A stretch of 10,889 nucleotides of DNA from Promethearchaeota archaeon (GTDB taxonomy: Archaea > Asgardarchaeota > Lokiarchaeia > Sigyniarchaeales > SOKP01). A program made the position numbers and the translations under genes. Every line of letters begins with the position of its first letter. The first letter of the stretch is position 1. This document shows, one piece after another, positions 1 through 7,120 of this stretch. The DNA lies in contig SDNY01000120.1 of assembly GCA_004524535.1 (NCBI GenBank), positions 1-10,889 on the forward strand, in the 5' to 3' direction. The notes beneath the pieces are model-generated. The model had not been told where the DNA came from. It saw only the letters and a list, made by a program, of their open reading frames with translations, and ran no database searches.

Positions 1-75
1 CAAGGAGAAATAATTGAGGTTCCCCATCATATTGCTGTATTTTTGCTGTGTAGAGGGGTTGCTAAGACTGCTTAA
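1..75 (+). CDS. priS: 3' end of a gene, probably the C-terminal domain of DNA primase small subunit PriS (partial)
   Basis: Frame 1 reads QGEIIEVPHHIAVFLLCRGVAKTA-stop (TAA 73-75). This matches the 'Ge.ievP...AvfLlcrG.A' ending of the archaeal PriS C-terminal domain, a fold shared with the GINS B-domain. Only 24 aa are visible. Supported by the GINS-like start at the other end of the insert. Confidence 0.6.
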   Translation, partial: QGEIIEVPHHIAVFLLCRGVAKTA

Positions 76-82
76 GTTAATA

Positions 83-147
83 ATAAATTCTTTCTCTACT
101 TTTTCTTTTTTAAGAATAAAAAAATTTTCTTAATTTATGGATATTAA
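83..147 (+). repeat. 65-bp exact direct repeat, left copy (attL-like or duplicated target)
   Basis: ataaattctttctctactttttcttttttaagaataaaaaaattttcttaatttatggatattaa is identical base for base to 10666-10730. It includes ATGGATATTAA, the start of the ORF at 10720, which here stops after 7 codons. Confidence 0.97.
88..111 (+). terminator. Oligo-pyrimidine (T-rich) tract, candidate archaeal terminator after the priS-like gene
   Basis: ttctttctctactttttctttttt starts 13 nt after the stop codon. Confidence 0.4.
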
Positions 148-388
148 AATTATTTTTTAATAAATTCAAATTAGTAGATTAAAGTATATTTTACTCTTAA
201 TTTGAAAAAAGAATTTAGTCTTAAATTTTAGCTAAAAGAAATTTCTAAAAAAATTGAAAGAAGTTTTATTTTCCCTGAGTTTAATCCCTAGTTGCGTTAA
301 ACAAATTATTAAGAATTTGGTAATATCAGCATGATTTGTAATTTAAACTTCACTACCAATTCCGCCAGAGCCATTATACATGTAAATC

Positions 389-1372
389 CTAAGGTTCGTA
401 TAAAGATAAATCTGGTCTGCCCCATTTGGTGTGATTTGGATATTTTTTTTCCTTAATTTGACGGAATTTTGATGGATATTTTATCCACTCTGGAATTGGG
501 TCAAATCTATTTTCATAAAAACTTAATTCACACAAACCATTTAATTTAAAAATAGAGTCAGGAACAGATTCCAAGCGATTATCCCCTACGTAAAGCCTTT
601 CTAATGACGAAAGATCACCGATCGATTCCGGTAGCTCCTGAAGCTTATTGGAATATAAATATAAATCCTCTAATCTTTTTAAATTACCGATAGATTCAGG
701 GAGGCTTCTTAATTTGTTATGATGTGCCTGGAATCTCCTTAAATTTGTTAAATTGCCGATCGATTTAGGTAACGCGGATAGCTGATTATTGGATATGCTC
801 AAATATCTCAGATTCTTAAGATTTCCAAATGATTCGGGAAGTTCAAGGAGTTGATTATTGGATATGCTCAAATATCTCAGATTCTTAAGATTTCCAAATG
901 ATTCGGGAAGGCGTCTAAGGTAATTTTCATATATTTTTAGTGAAATCAAATTTTTGAGGTTCCCAAACGATTTTGGTAATACTTTTATTTTATTATTGAT
1001 TATGCTTAACCTTTTTAATGAATGTAATTCACAGATAGACTTTGGAAGCGTCTTTAATTTACTTTTGTATATATCCAACTCCTCTAATAACTCTAATCCA
1101 CCAATTGATTCGGGAAGCTCAGTTAAATGATTATTATTTAGGATTAATTCTTTCAGCCATCTTAAATTACCGATTGATTTGGGGAGCAATGTAAGATCCA
1201 CTCCATTGCATTGAACCCTACAAATGTGATTGTCTGTCGTAATAAAGCTTGCTAAGGGTGTGTTTATACCAAATTCAGTAACAAGTGAAAATTCAATATC
1301 TAATTCTTGCTCTAATTCACTAAGAAAAAGTGCCTCTGGTTTCAATAACATAGCTTCTCTGAATTTAATCAT
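389..1372 (-). CDS. Leucine-rich repeat protein (about 10 repeats of 23 aa, LxxLPxSIGNLxxLxxLxLxxNx)
   Basis: Regular LPESIG/LPKSFG 23-aa LRR units through most of the ORF. Likely start is ATG at 1370-1372 (MIKFREA...); the ORF track starts at TTG 1381. A TTTAAATA TATA-like box lies about 30 nt upstream. Confidence 0.95.
   Translation of the reverse strand: MIKFREAMLLKPEALFLSELEQELDIEFSLVTEFGINTPLASFITTDNHICRVQCNGVDLTLLPKSIGNLRWLKELILNNNHLTELPESIGGLELLEELDIYKSKLKTLPKSICELHSLKRLSIINNKIKVLPKSFGNLKNLISLKIYENYLRRLPESFGNLKNLRYLSISNNQLLELPESFGNLKNLRYLSISNNQLSALPKSIGNLTNLRRFQAHHNKLRSLPESIGNLKRLEDLYLYSNKLQELPESIGDLSSLERLYVGDNRLESVPDSIFKLNGLCELSFYENRFDPIPEWIKYPSKFRQIKEKKYPNHTKWGRPDLSLYEP
783..910. 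repeat. Intragenic tandem duplication, 69-bp period (59 bp identical: 783-841 and 852-910)
   Basis: Both copies encode LPESFGNLKNLRYLSISNNQ with identical nucleotides. Confidence 0.95.
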
Positions 1373-1433
1373 GATTTTCAAATAATTTTAATCAATTAGC
1401 TTATTTAAATATTATGAGGGTATGAATTTTGTG

Positions 1434-4400
1434 TTATTTATCTCCTAAATAATTATCTATCTTTTGCTGGGGGTCTTTCTTAGGAAAAGCATTATCTCTC
1501 AGAATATCTAATAAACCATGATCCTTAAGATATCTTTCCCAACCCTTTTCCATTAAATCTTCTCCATATTGAACAGGAAGAATGACCTCAAGCATCTTTT
1601 TATCGATTTCGCTATTTTTCTTTAATTTATTATAATATTTTTCTTTAAATGGTCCGAACGATCCCTTAGCAAAGAATTCAGTAGCATCCTTAAAATTATC
1701 ATAATAGGTCGAAGTGAACCGAATAAATTCAGCAAATTCCTCCTTATTCAATACTAATACATGTTCGAGCATAGGTATTTCATCTTTTGGTCGATATAAA
1801 TCATCTCTAAAAGGCTTTCCGCTCTTTTCTGTACCCGTAAGAACGATAACTAATAACTTATGCTTGCCTTGAAATCCTCTCTGTGCATGTTCGACTATAG
1901 ATTTAGGATCAGTTGTATGGATAAACTCAATATTCATCTGCTTAATATCTCTCATCATGCTCCCTGTTATTTCAAATTCCAGCTGGTCAGTTACTTTCTG
2001 TTTTCTAAAAATATAATTTGCAAAAGCGCTTCCTTCTTCAAGCATGACAGAAACATCAGGTCTGTGTCTATTATATTCAGAAAATGTCTCATAATATGTA
2101 GGCGCTTGCCACTTATCACGTAGATAAGTCAAGGTCCAATAGATATCGCAAATATGTTCAAATCTTCCTAAATTGCTCAATCTCTCTGTATTGATAGTTT
2201 CCAGATTAGAGAATTCTACAATCTCAGGGTAACTATATCCTTCCCTTACTATCGCATCTAAGAAGCCACTATATTTATAATTCCGTAACCACGTATAAAG
2301 AGGAGCCGTATCTGAAGAAAGACTCACACCCTCACCTTCCTTTACAGCTCCAAGAAAATCTTTGTCACCTAAAATCTCTTTCTGTAAAAACAGCGCAAAA
2401 TCTTCAATTGTATGCAAATTGGCATAACGCTGACCATAATACCCTTTTCTTTCTTTAAAATCTTTATAATCAGTTATACTATCTATTGCCATAGAAAGGT
2501 AATTTTTTGCAGTCCCTATACTAATAGAATACATTTCTGTAAGATCATTATATATATCCTTGATATGTTTATATTTAATAGGATCCTCCATCATATCTAA
2601 TAAAGCCATAAGTCTTTCTAATTTTCCTCTTATATTACTTTTAATTTTTCCTTCAAACCCAATCTCTGTTAAGATTTGATCTACACTCAATTTACGCATT
2701 TTCTTATATTTCATTAATTCATGGGTAGCTTTTAAAAAGGAAGCCACATCAACTTTCTTATATGCAGATTTTTGCCTTGAAGCCCCTATACTATGAAAAT
2801 ACGCTCCGAATTTTTGAAGTAAACGTTTAACAAACGTATTTCCATGTCTGTCACTGTATTTATTAAAAAGAAGAGCTTCTAATACTTTTTTAGAAATTCC
2901 AAGGAAATTGTATTGTCTATCGTATTCTGAATAAGATTTAAACTTAATGAAATCTATATTATGCGGGTTTTCAGGCAAAAGTTTATCGTATAATGCCGTA
3001 AGCTCGATATAAGCTTTTATATAATCATCAGAATATCTATGTCGTAGTATATCAAATTTAACTATTTTTTTATGAATTTGCAATCCCTTTTCCTCACCAT
3101 ATTTATTTTTACATGTATCTATAAATCTTTCCTTAATTTCTTTCTTTTTAAGATTGTATTCATCACTTAATTCTCCAAGTGGCTTTGATTGATATAATGT
3201 GACTATATCTAAATCTTCTACTTCACCAATATCTTTTAATAAATTGTCAAGTGCCTCTTCTAAGCTTATTTTAGGTTCTGGCTGACCACGACTACTCTTA
3301 CTTTTCTTTTTGTCTTGTGTATACGCTTCCTTGGGGTCAAACGCTGCTGCTTGTTCTCCTATAACGACTATCGGTCTTAATAAAATAATCTCGCCAGACT
3401 CGGAGATCTCATATGTTCCTTCCAGAAATCCGTCCAAAGAAATAACTTCTCTCAACACTTTACGATTGGCAATAACTTTGAGATTTAGTATTGGATTGAG
3501 TCGATAAGTTTGCTTAATAACCCTTTTGGCTTGACCTAACGGCATTCCCTTCTCTATATATATGAACTTAACCGCCTCATCCGGCGGAACCCCCGCAAGA
3601 CGGAACGCAATCAGTCGGCAGTCCTCCTTGGCAGCTCCCTCTTTAATATACGCCTTTGCTTTATACTGCTCGTACTGTCCCTTACTATTTTTTACCTTAT
3701 AGGTTAAATCTTCGGTCTTGAACTTTATATCCGTCGGGGCGTCTTCGTCGATAAGCTCGACCTTCTTTTCGAGCATGTTTTCAAATACATTCTTCTGCTG
3801 TTCTTCCCAAATCGAAAGACCTGCCTCGTCGTAAATCTTGAAACGGTGATTTAAATCGAATTTGGTCGTTCCGTACGAAGGAATGGGCTTCATTTCATTT
3901 TGAATTTTAGCGAACCCTTCCTGATAAGAGCGTTTGTCTACTAAGTGGTGTTGTCTGGGGTTGTGGACCTCTTCGTTGTCTAACGGTGCGAAGAAATCTA
4001 AAAATTCTTTTATTGCTTTAGCCTTTTCTTCGGCAACTATCTGTTTATATGTTTCTTTGAGCGACTTTTTGGCAGAGTGTTGAGCGTATGCACCATAGGC
4101 AGTGGCGATGGTTCCAACGGCAATTATAGCTCCGATGCCGAAAGTTGCCGCAGCAATAGTAGCAAGAATGGCAACCACTTTTCTCGTTATACCCGCTTTT
4201 CTTGTAATCTCCTTTTGTCTTTGTTTTAATTGTTCTTCCATTTGTATATTTGCCTCACTTTTTTCTGAAGTGGAAGCTTGGTCCTGCTGTTCAATATTAG
4301 TCTGTTGATTAATATTAGGATTTACACCACCAGTAAGGGCTTCTCTGGCAGACTCAGCTACGATACTCCATACAATTTCATCATATCTGTCGCCTCCTAA

Positions 4401-4667
4401 ATCTCTCGCAAACTTGCTGGCAATCGCCTCCACCACAGGATCAAGGAATACCTCTTGTATTGGCTCAGATATAATTGCCCATGTAGCGGTACCGGGCAGA
4501 GCATAAAGAATAGCAGTGCTTAGCACAGTCACAGCCACTGTGTAGGCGATTTCATTTACTTTTTCTTGAGCTTGAACAGCTAATTGGGATTGATAATAAT
4601 ATTCCAGTACGGCAGCCTGAATGTTCTGCATCGCGGCGATCTTGGTAAGTTCGGGATCGTTATTCAC
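1434..4667 (-). CDS. Large multidomain protein, probably N-terminally truncated: two hydrophobic Gly/Ala-rich helices, a ubiquitin-like domain (~aa 351-442), a Lys-rich region and a C-terminal PD-(D/E)XK-like nuclease domain; polymorphic-toxin-like
   Basis: 1077-aa ORF with a GTG start. Hydrophobic segments IAYTVAVTVLSTAILYALPG and VVAILATIAAATFGIGAIIAVGTIATAYGA. Ubl-like RLIAFRLAGVPPDEAVKFIYI...YRLNPIL...GEQAAA. Nuclease-like G(RF)EH...YYE...RPD...NIEF...RGFQ...LLVIVL. The coding call is strong; the domain calls are by eye. Confidence 0.75.
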   Translation of the reverse strand: MNNDPELTKIAAMQNIQAAVLEYYYQSQLAVQAQEKVNEIAYTVAVTVLSTAILYALPGTATWAIISEPIQEVFLDPVVEAIASKFARDLGGDRYDEIVWSIVAESAREALTGGVNPNINQQTNIEQQDQASTSEKSEANIQMEEQLKQRQKEITRKAGITRKVVAILATIAAATFGIGAIIAVGTIATAYGAYAQHSAKKSLKETYKQIVAEEKAKAIKEFLDFFAPLDNEEVHNPRQHHLVDKRSYQEGFAKIQNEMKPIPSYGTTKFDLNHRFKIYDEAGLSIWEEQQKNVFENMLEKKVELIDEDAPTDIKFKTEDLTYKVKNSKGQYEQYKAKAYIKEGAAKEDCRLIAFRLAGVPPDEAVKFIYIEKGMPLGQAKRVIKQTYRLNPILNLKVIANRKVLREVISLDGFLEGTYEISESGEIILLRPIVVIGEQAAAFDPKEAYTQDKKKSKSSRGQPEPKISLEEALDNLLKDIGEVEDLDIVTLYQSKPLGELSDEYNLKKKEIKERFIDTCKNKYGEEKGLQIHKKIVKFDILRHRYSDDYIKAYIELTALYDKLLPENPHNIDFIKFKSYSEYDRQYNFLGISKKVLEALLFNKYSDRHGNTFVKRLLQKFGAYFHSIGASRQKSAYKKVDVASFLKATHELMKYKKMRKLSVDQILTEIGFEGKIKSNIRGKLERLMALLDMMEDPIKYKHIKDIYNDLTEMYSISIGTAKNYLSMAIDSITDYKDFKERKGYYGQRYANLHTIEDFALFLQKEILGDKDFLGAVKEGEGVSLSSDTAPLYTWLRNYKYSGFLDAIVREGYSYPEIVEFSNLETINTERLSNLGRFEHICDIYWTLTYLRDKWQAPTYYETFSEYNRHRPDVSVMLEEGSAFANYIFRKQKVTDQLEFEITGSMMRDIKQMNIEFIHTTDPKSIVEHAQRGFQGKHKLLVIVLTGTEKSGKPFRDDLYRPKDEIPMLEHVLVLNKEEFAEFIRFTSTYYDNFKDATEFFAKGSFGPFKEKYYNKLKKNSEIDKKMLEVILPVQYGEDLMEKGWERYLKDHGLLDILRDNAFPKKDPQQKIDNYLGDK

Positions 4668-5265
4668 CGAGCGATATTTTTCTAATTTAATTAGAAAATT
4701 CGCCGGATTGTTCTTTAATGTGAATTTCCCTAAATTCGATAATAGATTTTTTCAACCAAAAAAGAATTCTAAGACAGCTATCAAAAACACCAAGCAATTG
4801 AAAGACTATTCTGAGGAATTCAGATTTATTGTAGGGCAAAACGATTATATAACTAAGGAGTTTTTTCAATTACTTCATGACTTTCGGACTCGAAAAGTAA
4901 ATCCTAGTAATTTAGAGTTAGGCCAATTAAATAATCCACAAAAACTGTATAATTATTTACGGAATCATCATTGGTCTGTTAATATTCCAGAAGAGTTCTT
5001 AATTGATTGGATCAGTATGAAACTTACGGGACACAAACTTAGTGATATCGATATTTCCGATTTTAACCATATCTTCAATAAGTTAGGCATTTCATATGAT
5101 TTCCTTAAGAATATTGGAAATAAAAGCAATTCTTTACTTAATACAGAAAAAAATCCAAGGAAGAAATCTATCAACGGACCTTCTTCAATTACAGATTTTC
5201 CCCAACTTAAGAAATATATGTTAAAGAGACTAGAAGATATTGAAAGCCTTATAGACGAAAATTGA
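4621..5265 (+). pseudogene. Hypothetical protein, probably the 3' remnant of a longer gene (real coding part from ~4675)
   Basis: Open frame of 214 codons. The first ~16 codons are only the antisense of the 1077-aa ORF, and the next in-frame ATG is far downstream (a TTG at 4708 is possible). The rest has protein-like composition. GC falls at about 4675. Confidence 0.5.
4671..4703. repeat. Inverted repeat at the junction of two divergent ORFs
   Basis: ttttctaatt (4678-4687), t, aattagaaaa (4689-4698): perfect 10-bp arms, flanked by gcga (4671-4674) and tcgc (4700-4703). Confidence 0.7.
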
Positions 5266-5323
5266 GAGATTTAAATATTTTGAATCAATTATTATTTCAT
5301 CTTTCTTTATTATTTTTTTTAAA

Positions 5324-5554
5324 ATGATGTCTGAAAAGAAATACCATTGCCCTCGATGTGGCAACGAAGAAATTGCTGATTATACAGATTCGTTTGATTG
5401 TCCTTCTTGTAACCTTGAATTTGATAAAAAAGATTGTGATGAGTTAGAAGAGTCTCAAATCCTCTCAGTCGAAGAAAAATTAGGAATTATTAAAGGATTA
5501 GGGCTCGATATAAATAAAGAAACAAATTCTTCTAATTATTCAAGGGATATTTAG
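5324..5554 (+). CDS. Small Cys4 zinc-ribbon protein
   Basis: CPRCG...CPSC motif with an acidic tail, 76 aa. TTTAAATA upstream at about 5270. Converges on the next gene with a 1-bp gap. Confidence 0.8.
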   Translation: MMSEKKYHCPRCGNEEIADYTDSFDCPSCNLEFDKKDCDELEESQILSVEEKLGIIKGLGLDINKETNSSNYSRDI

Positions 5555-5555
5555 T

Positions 5556-6269
5556 CTATGAGAGATTAATATTGTTTCTTTTTAAAACCCATTCCTCTAC
5601 TAGAAATTTTTGATTAATACCTTTTTCTGGTTTGAATTTCGAGTGTATTGATGATTTTGGAATCCATACTTCTTGACCTGAATTAAAAACAATAAATAAT
5701 GCCTTCTCTGTTTCAGCTTTAATCGATCCTTGGACTTCAATAATATTTTTTCCTTCAGGAACAGATTGTTTTACAGTATTTATATTCATATCAACTTTCT
5801 CGACCTTTACTTCTGTTTGCGCTTTTGTTGTATTAGGACCATTCTTCTCCAATTTCGATGTATTAGATACTGTTGCGAATTCAATTTTTTCTTTAATTAG
5901 ATGTTTCATAAGTAATTTAAGTATTTCAATCTGAGCTTCACCAAGTAATTTGGAATACTCTCCTATTTTTATCCAGAACTTATTCTCACCATTTTTCTCC
6001 CAATTAAGAGAGATTTGAGTTTTATTTTCTTTATAGGAATGAAAGCCTGACCACGATTCAATCTTGCGTTTTAAGACTTTTAAAATCATAACCATTTCAT
6101 CTAAAGAGACCTTAATGGTCTTACCTTCTCCAGAAGATGGTTTTTCCCATTCGCCATTTTCTTTTTTTTTTATACATTTTATAAAAATATAAGGTTCACT
6201 TTTTGATGAACTACTTATTATCAACCCTGTGGTTTGGCCAAAAAAACTTTGACTATGATTATTTGTCAT
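5556..6269 (-). CDS. Two-domain hypothetical protein: N-terminal domain possibly Whirly/PC4-like (ssDNA-binding) and a C-terminal small beta-barrel (ETEKA...WIPKS...W)
   Basis: Long clean ORF. ATG at 6267-6269 is preceded by a GGTGA Shine-Dalgarno-like motif; the alternative GTG at 6278 overlaps the upstream stop. Two globular segments joined by a low-complexity linker. The fold call is tentative. Confidence 0.75.
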   Translation of the reverse strand: MTNNHSQSFFGQTTGLIISSSSKSEPYIFIKCIKKKENGEWEKPSSGEGKTIKVSLDEMVMILKVLKRKIESWSGFHSYKENKTQISLNWEKNGENKFWIKIGEYSKLLGEAQIEILKLLMKHLIKEKIEFATVSNTSKLEKNGPNTTKAQTEVKVEKVDMNINTVKQSVPEGKNIIEVQGSIKAETEKALFIVFNSGQEVWIPKSSIHSKFKPEKGINQKFLVEEWVLKRNNINLS

Positions 6270-6274
6270 TATTT

Positions 6275-6499
6275 TCACCTTTCTAGATTATTTTTTTTTA
6301 TCTTCTTTATTTTCAATTTGCCATTATGAGTGTTAACGAGATAACGCCAATTATTTAAGGAAGAGAAAGGATATTTATGCCAAATATCTCTTATCATATC
6401 TGGATATAACTTTCCTACTTTTGACACAGATATCTCTAAATATTTACTACTATTTTGGGTTTCTTCTTGCAAAAGATTATTTTCACTTATAGACATCAT
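6275..6499 (-). CDS. Small hypothetical protein (74 aa), probably co-transcribed with the downstream gene
   Basis: ATG start with a TATA-like motif 22-30 nt upstream. The stop overlaps the GGTGA/GTG of the next gene. Confidence 0.65.
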   Translation of the reverse strand: MMSISENNLLQEETQNSSKYLEISVSKVGKLYPDMIRDIWHKYPFSSLNNWRYLVNTHNGKLKIKKIKKNNLER

Positions 6500-6520
6500 A
6501 ATTATAGTTCTATAGCAGAC

Positions 6521-6537
6521 ATATTTAAAGAAAAAAG
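6521..6537 (-). promoter_or_regulatory. TATA-box promoter with T-rich upstream element (cttttttc-TTTAAATA-t), copy 1
   Basis: 17 bp identical to 6925-6941, located 22-38 nt upstream of the ATG at 6499. Confidence 0.6.
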
Positions 6538-6574
6538 TAAGATTTTAAATAATCTAGACTGCTATAATTTTTAA

Positions 6575-6898
6575 TTAACTTGCTTTCGCTTTGCGAACTC
6601 TTAATAGTTTAGAACCAAAAAGTTCTAATTCTTTTATATAGTTTAGTTTTTCCGAGAAGTAAGTAATTTTCACATTAGAACCTGTATTCTTATCAACATT
6701 TCTTACAAAAAAATATTTATGTAGGTATTTGCCAATACACCATCTAATGACGATTCTCGGTTTTTTTCTTTGAGAGCTAAAACACCACCAATCTTTACAA
6801 CGCTTAGAGCAAAATAGATGCGTCGAAGGAGAGTGTTGCGTATTTACTAATCGAACCGGGTTTTTCTTAATAACTTTCCTACAATATTCACAAATCAT
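6575..6898 (-). CDS. Small basic protein with an N-terminal TRASH/FCS-type treble-clef zinc finger
   Basis: CEYC-x(23)-CSKRC, preceded by Phe (FCS motif). ATG start with a TATA-like motif upstream. Confidence 0.75.
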   Translation of the reverse strand: MICEYCRKVIKKNPVRLVNTQHSPSTHLFCSKRCKDWWCFSSQRKKPRIVIRWCIGKYLHKYFFVRNVDKNTGSNVKITYFSEKLNYIKELELFGSKLLRVRKAKAS

Positions 6899-6924
6899 TT
6901 TCTCAATACCTATGTCTATTCGTA

Positions 6925-6941
6925 ATATTTAAAGAAAAAAG
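6925..6941 (-). promoter_or_regulatory. TATA-box promoter with T-rich upstream element, copy 2
   Basis: Identical 17-mer to 6521-6537, located 27-43 nt upstream of the ATG at 6898. Confidence 0.6.
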
Positions 6942-6984
6942 AATAAAAAATTTAAATTAGAAGTTCTTTATGTTATTTGGCAAC

Positions 6985-7115
6985 AAAAAAAAAAAAGACT
7001 CCTGCCGCACCCTGGATTTTTGTCTTTTGGTTAGTGCACTTAGGTGCGCTATGATTTTGCCCTGCTTATCCTATATCATTTATGACCTTTTTATTAGGTC
7101 TCGCTGGCAGGAGTC
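6985..7115 (-). ncRNA. Candidate ~120-nt structured RNA (multi-branch fold) ending in a U12 tract
   Basis: 10-bp closing stem gactcctgcc (6997-7006) / ggcaggagtc (7106-7115). Internal stems gcacc/ggtgc (7007-7011/7043-7047), atgat/atcat (7051-7055/7075-7079) and gacct/aggtc (7084-7088/7096-7100). A12 at 6985-6996 is U12 on the minus strand. TTTAAAAA on the minus strand at 7139-7146. No family recognised. Confidence 0.45.
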
Positions 7116-7120
7116 ATCTT

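Noticed and set aside
1-75. First ORF fragment as a GINS C-terminus, implying a duplicated or circularly permuted gins
   Set aside because: The PriS C-terminal domain and GINS B-domain share a fold, but AVFLLCRG fits PriS better and priS-gins order explains the repeat. Not fully excluded from 24 aa.
226-246. Short palindromes ttttagctaaaa and agaaatttct
   Set aside because: Low-complexity AT-rich sequence, compatible with chance.
1860-4308. Plus-strand ORFs 1860-2123, 2412-2600, 3310-3507 and 4102-4308
   Set aside because: Short antisense shadows of the 1077-aa ORF with no motifs.
4687-5174. Minus-strand ORFs 4687-4869 and 4968-5174 as the missing 5' part of the large ORF
   Set aside because: They look like antisense shadows of the longer plus-strand frame and have no convincing features.
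6997-7118. Structured element as a tRNA, 5S rRNA or fluoride riboswitch (minus strand has GATGACTCCTGCC)
   Set aside because: No T-loop or D-loop consensus, no 5S motifs, and the 5' GGYGAUGG..RCC half of the fluoride aptamer is absent upstream.
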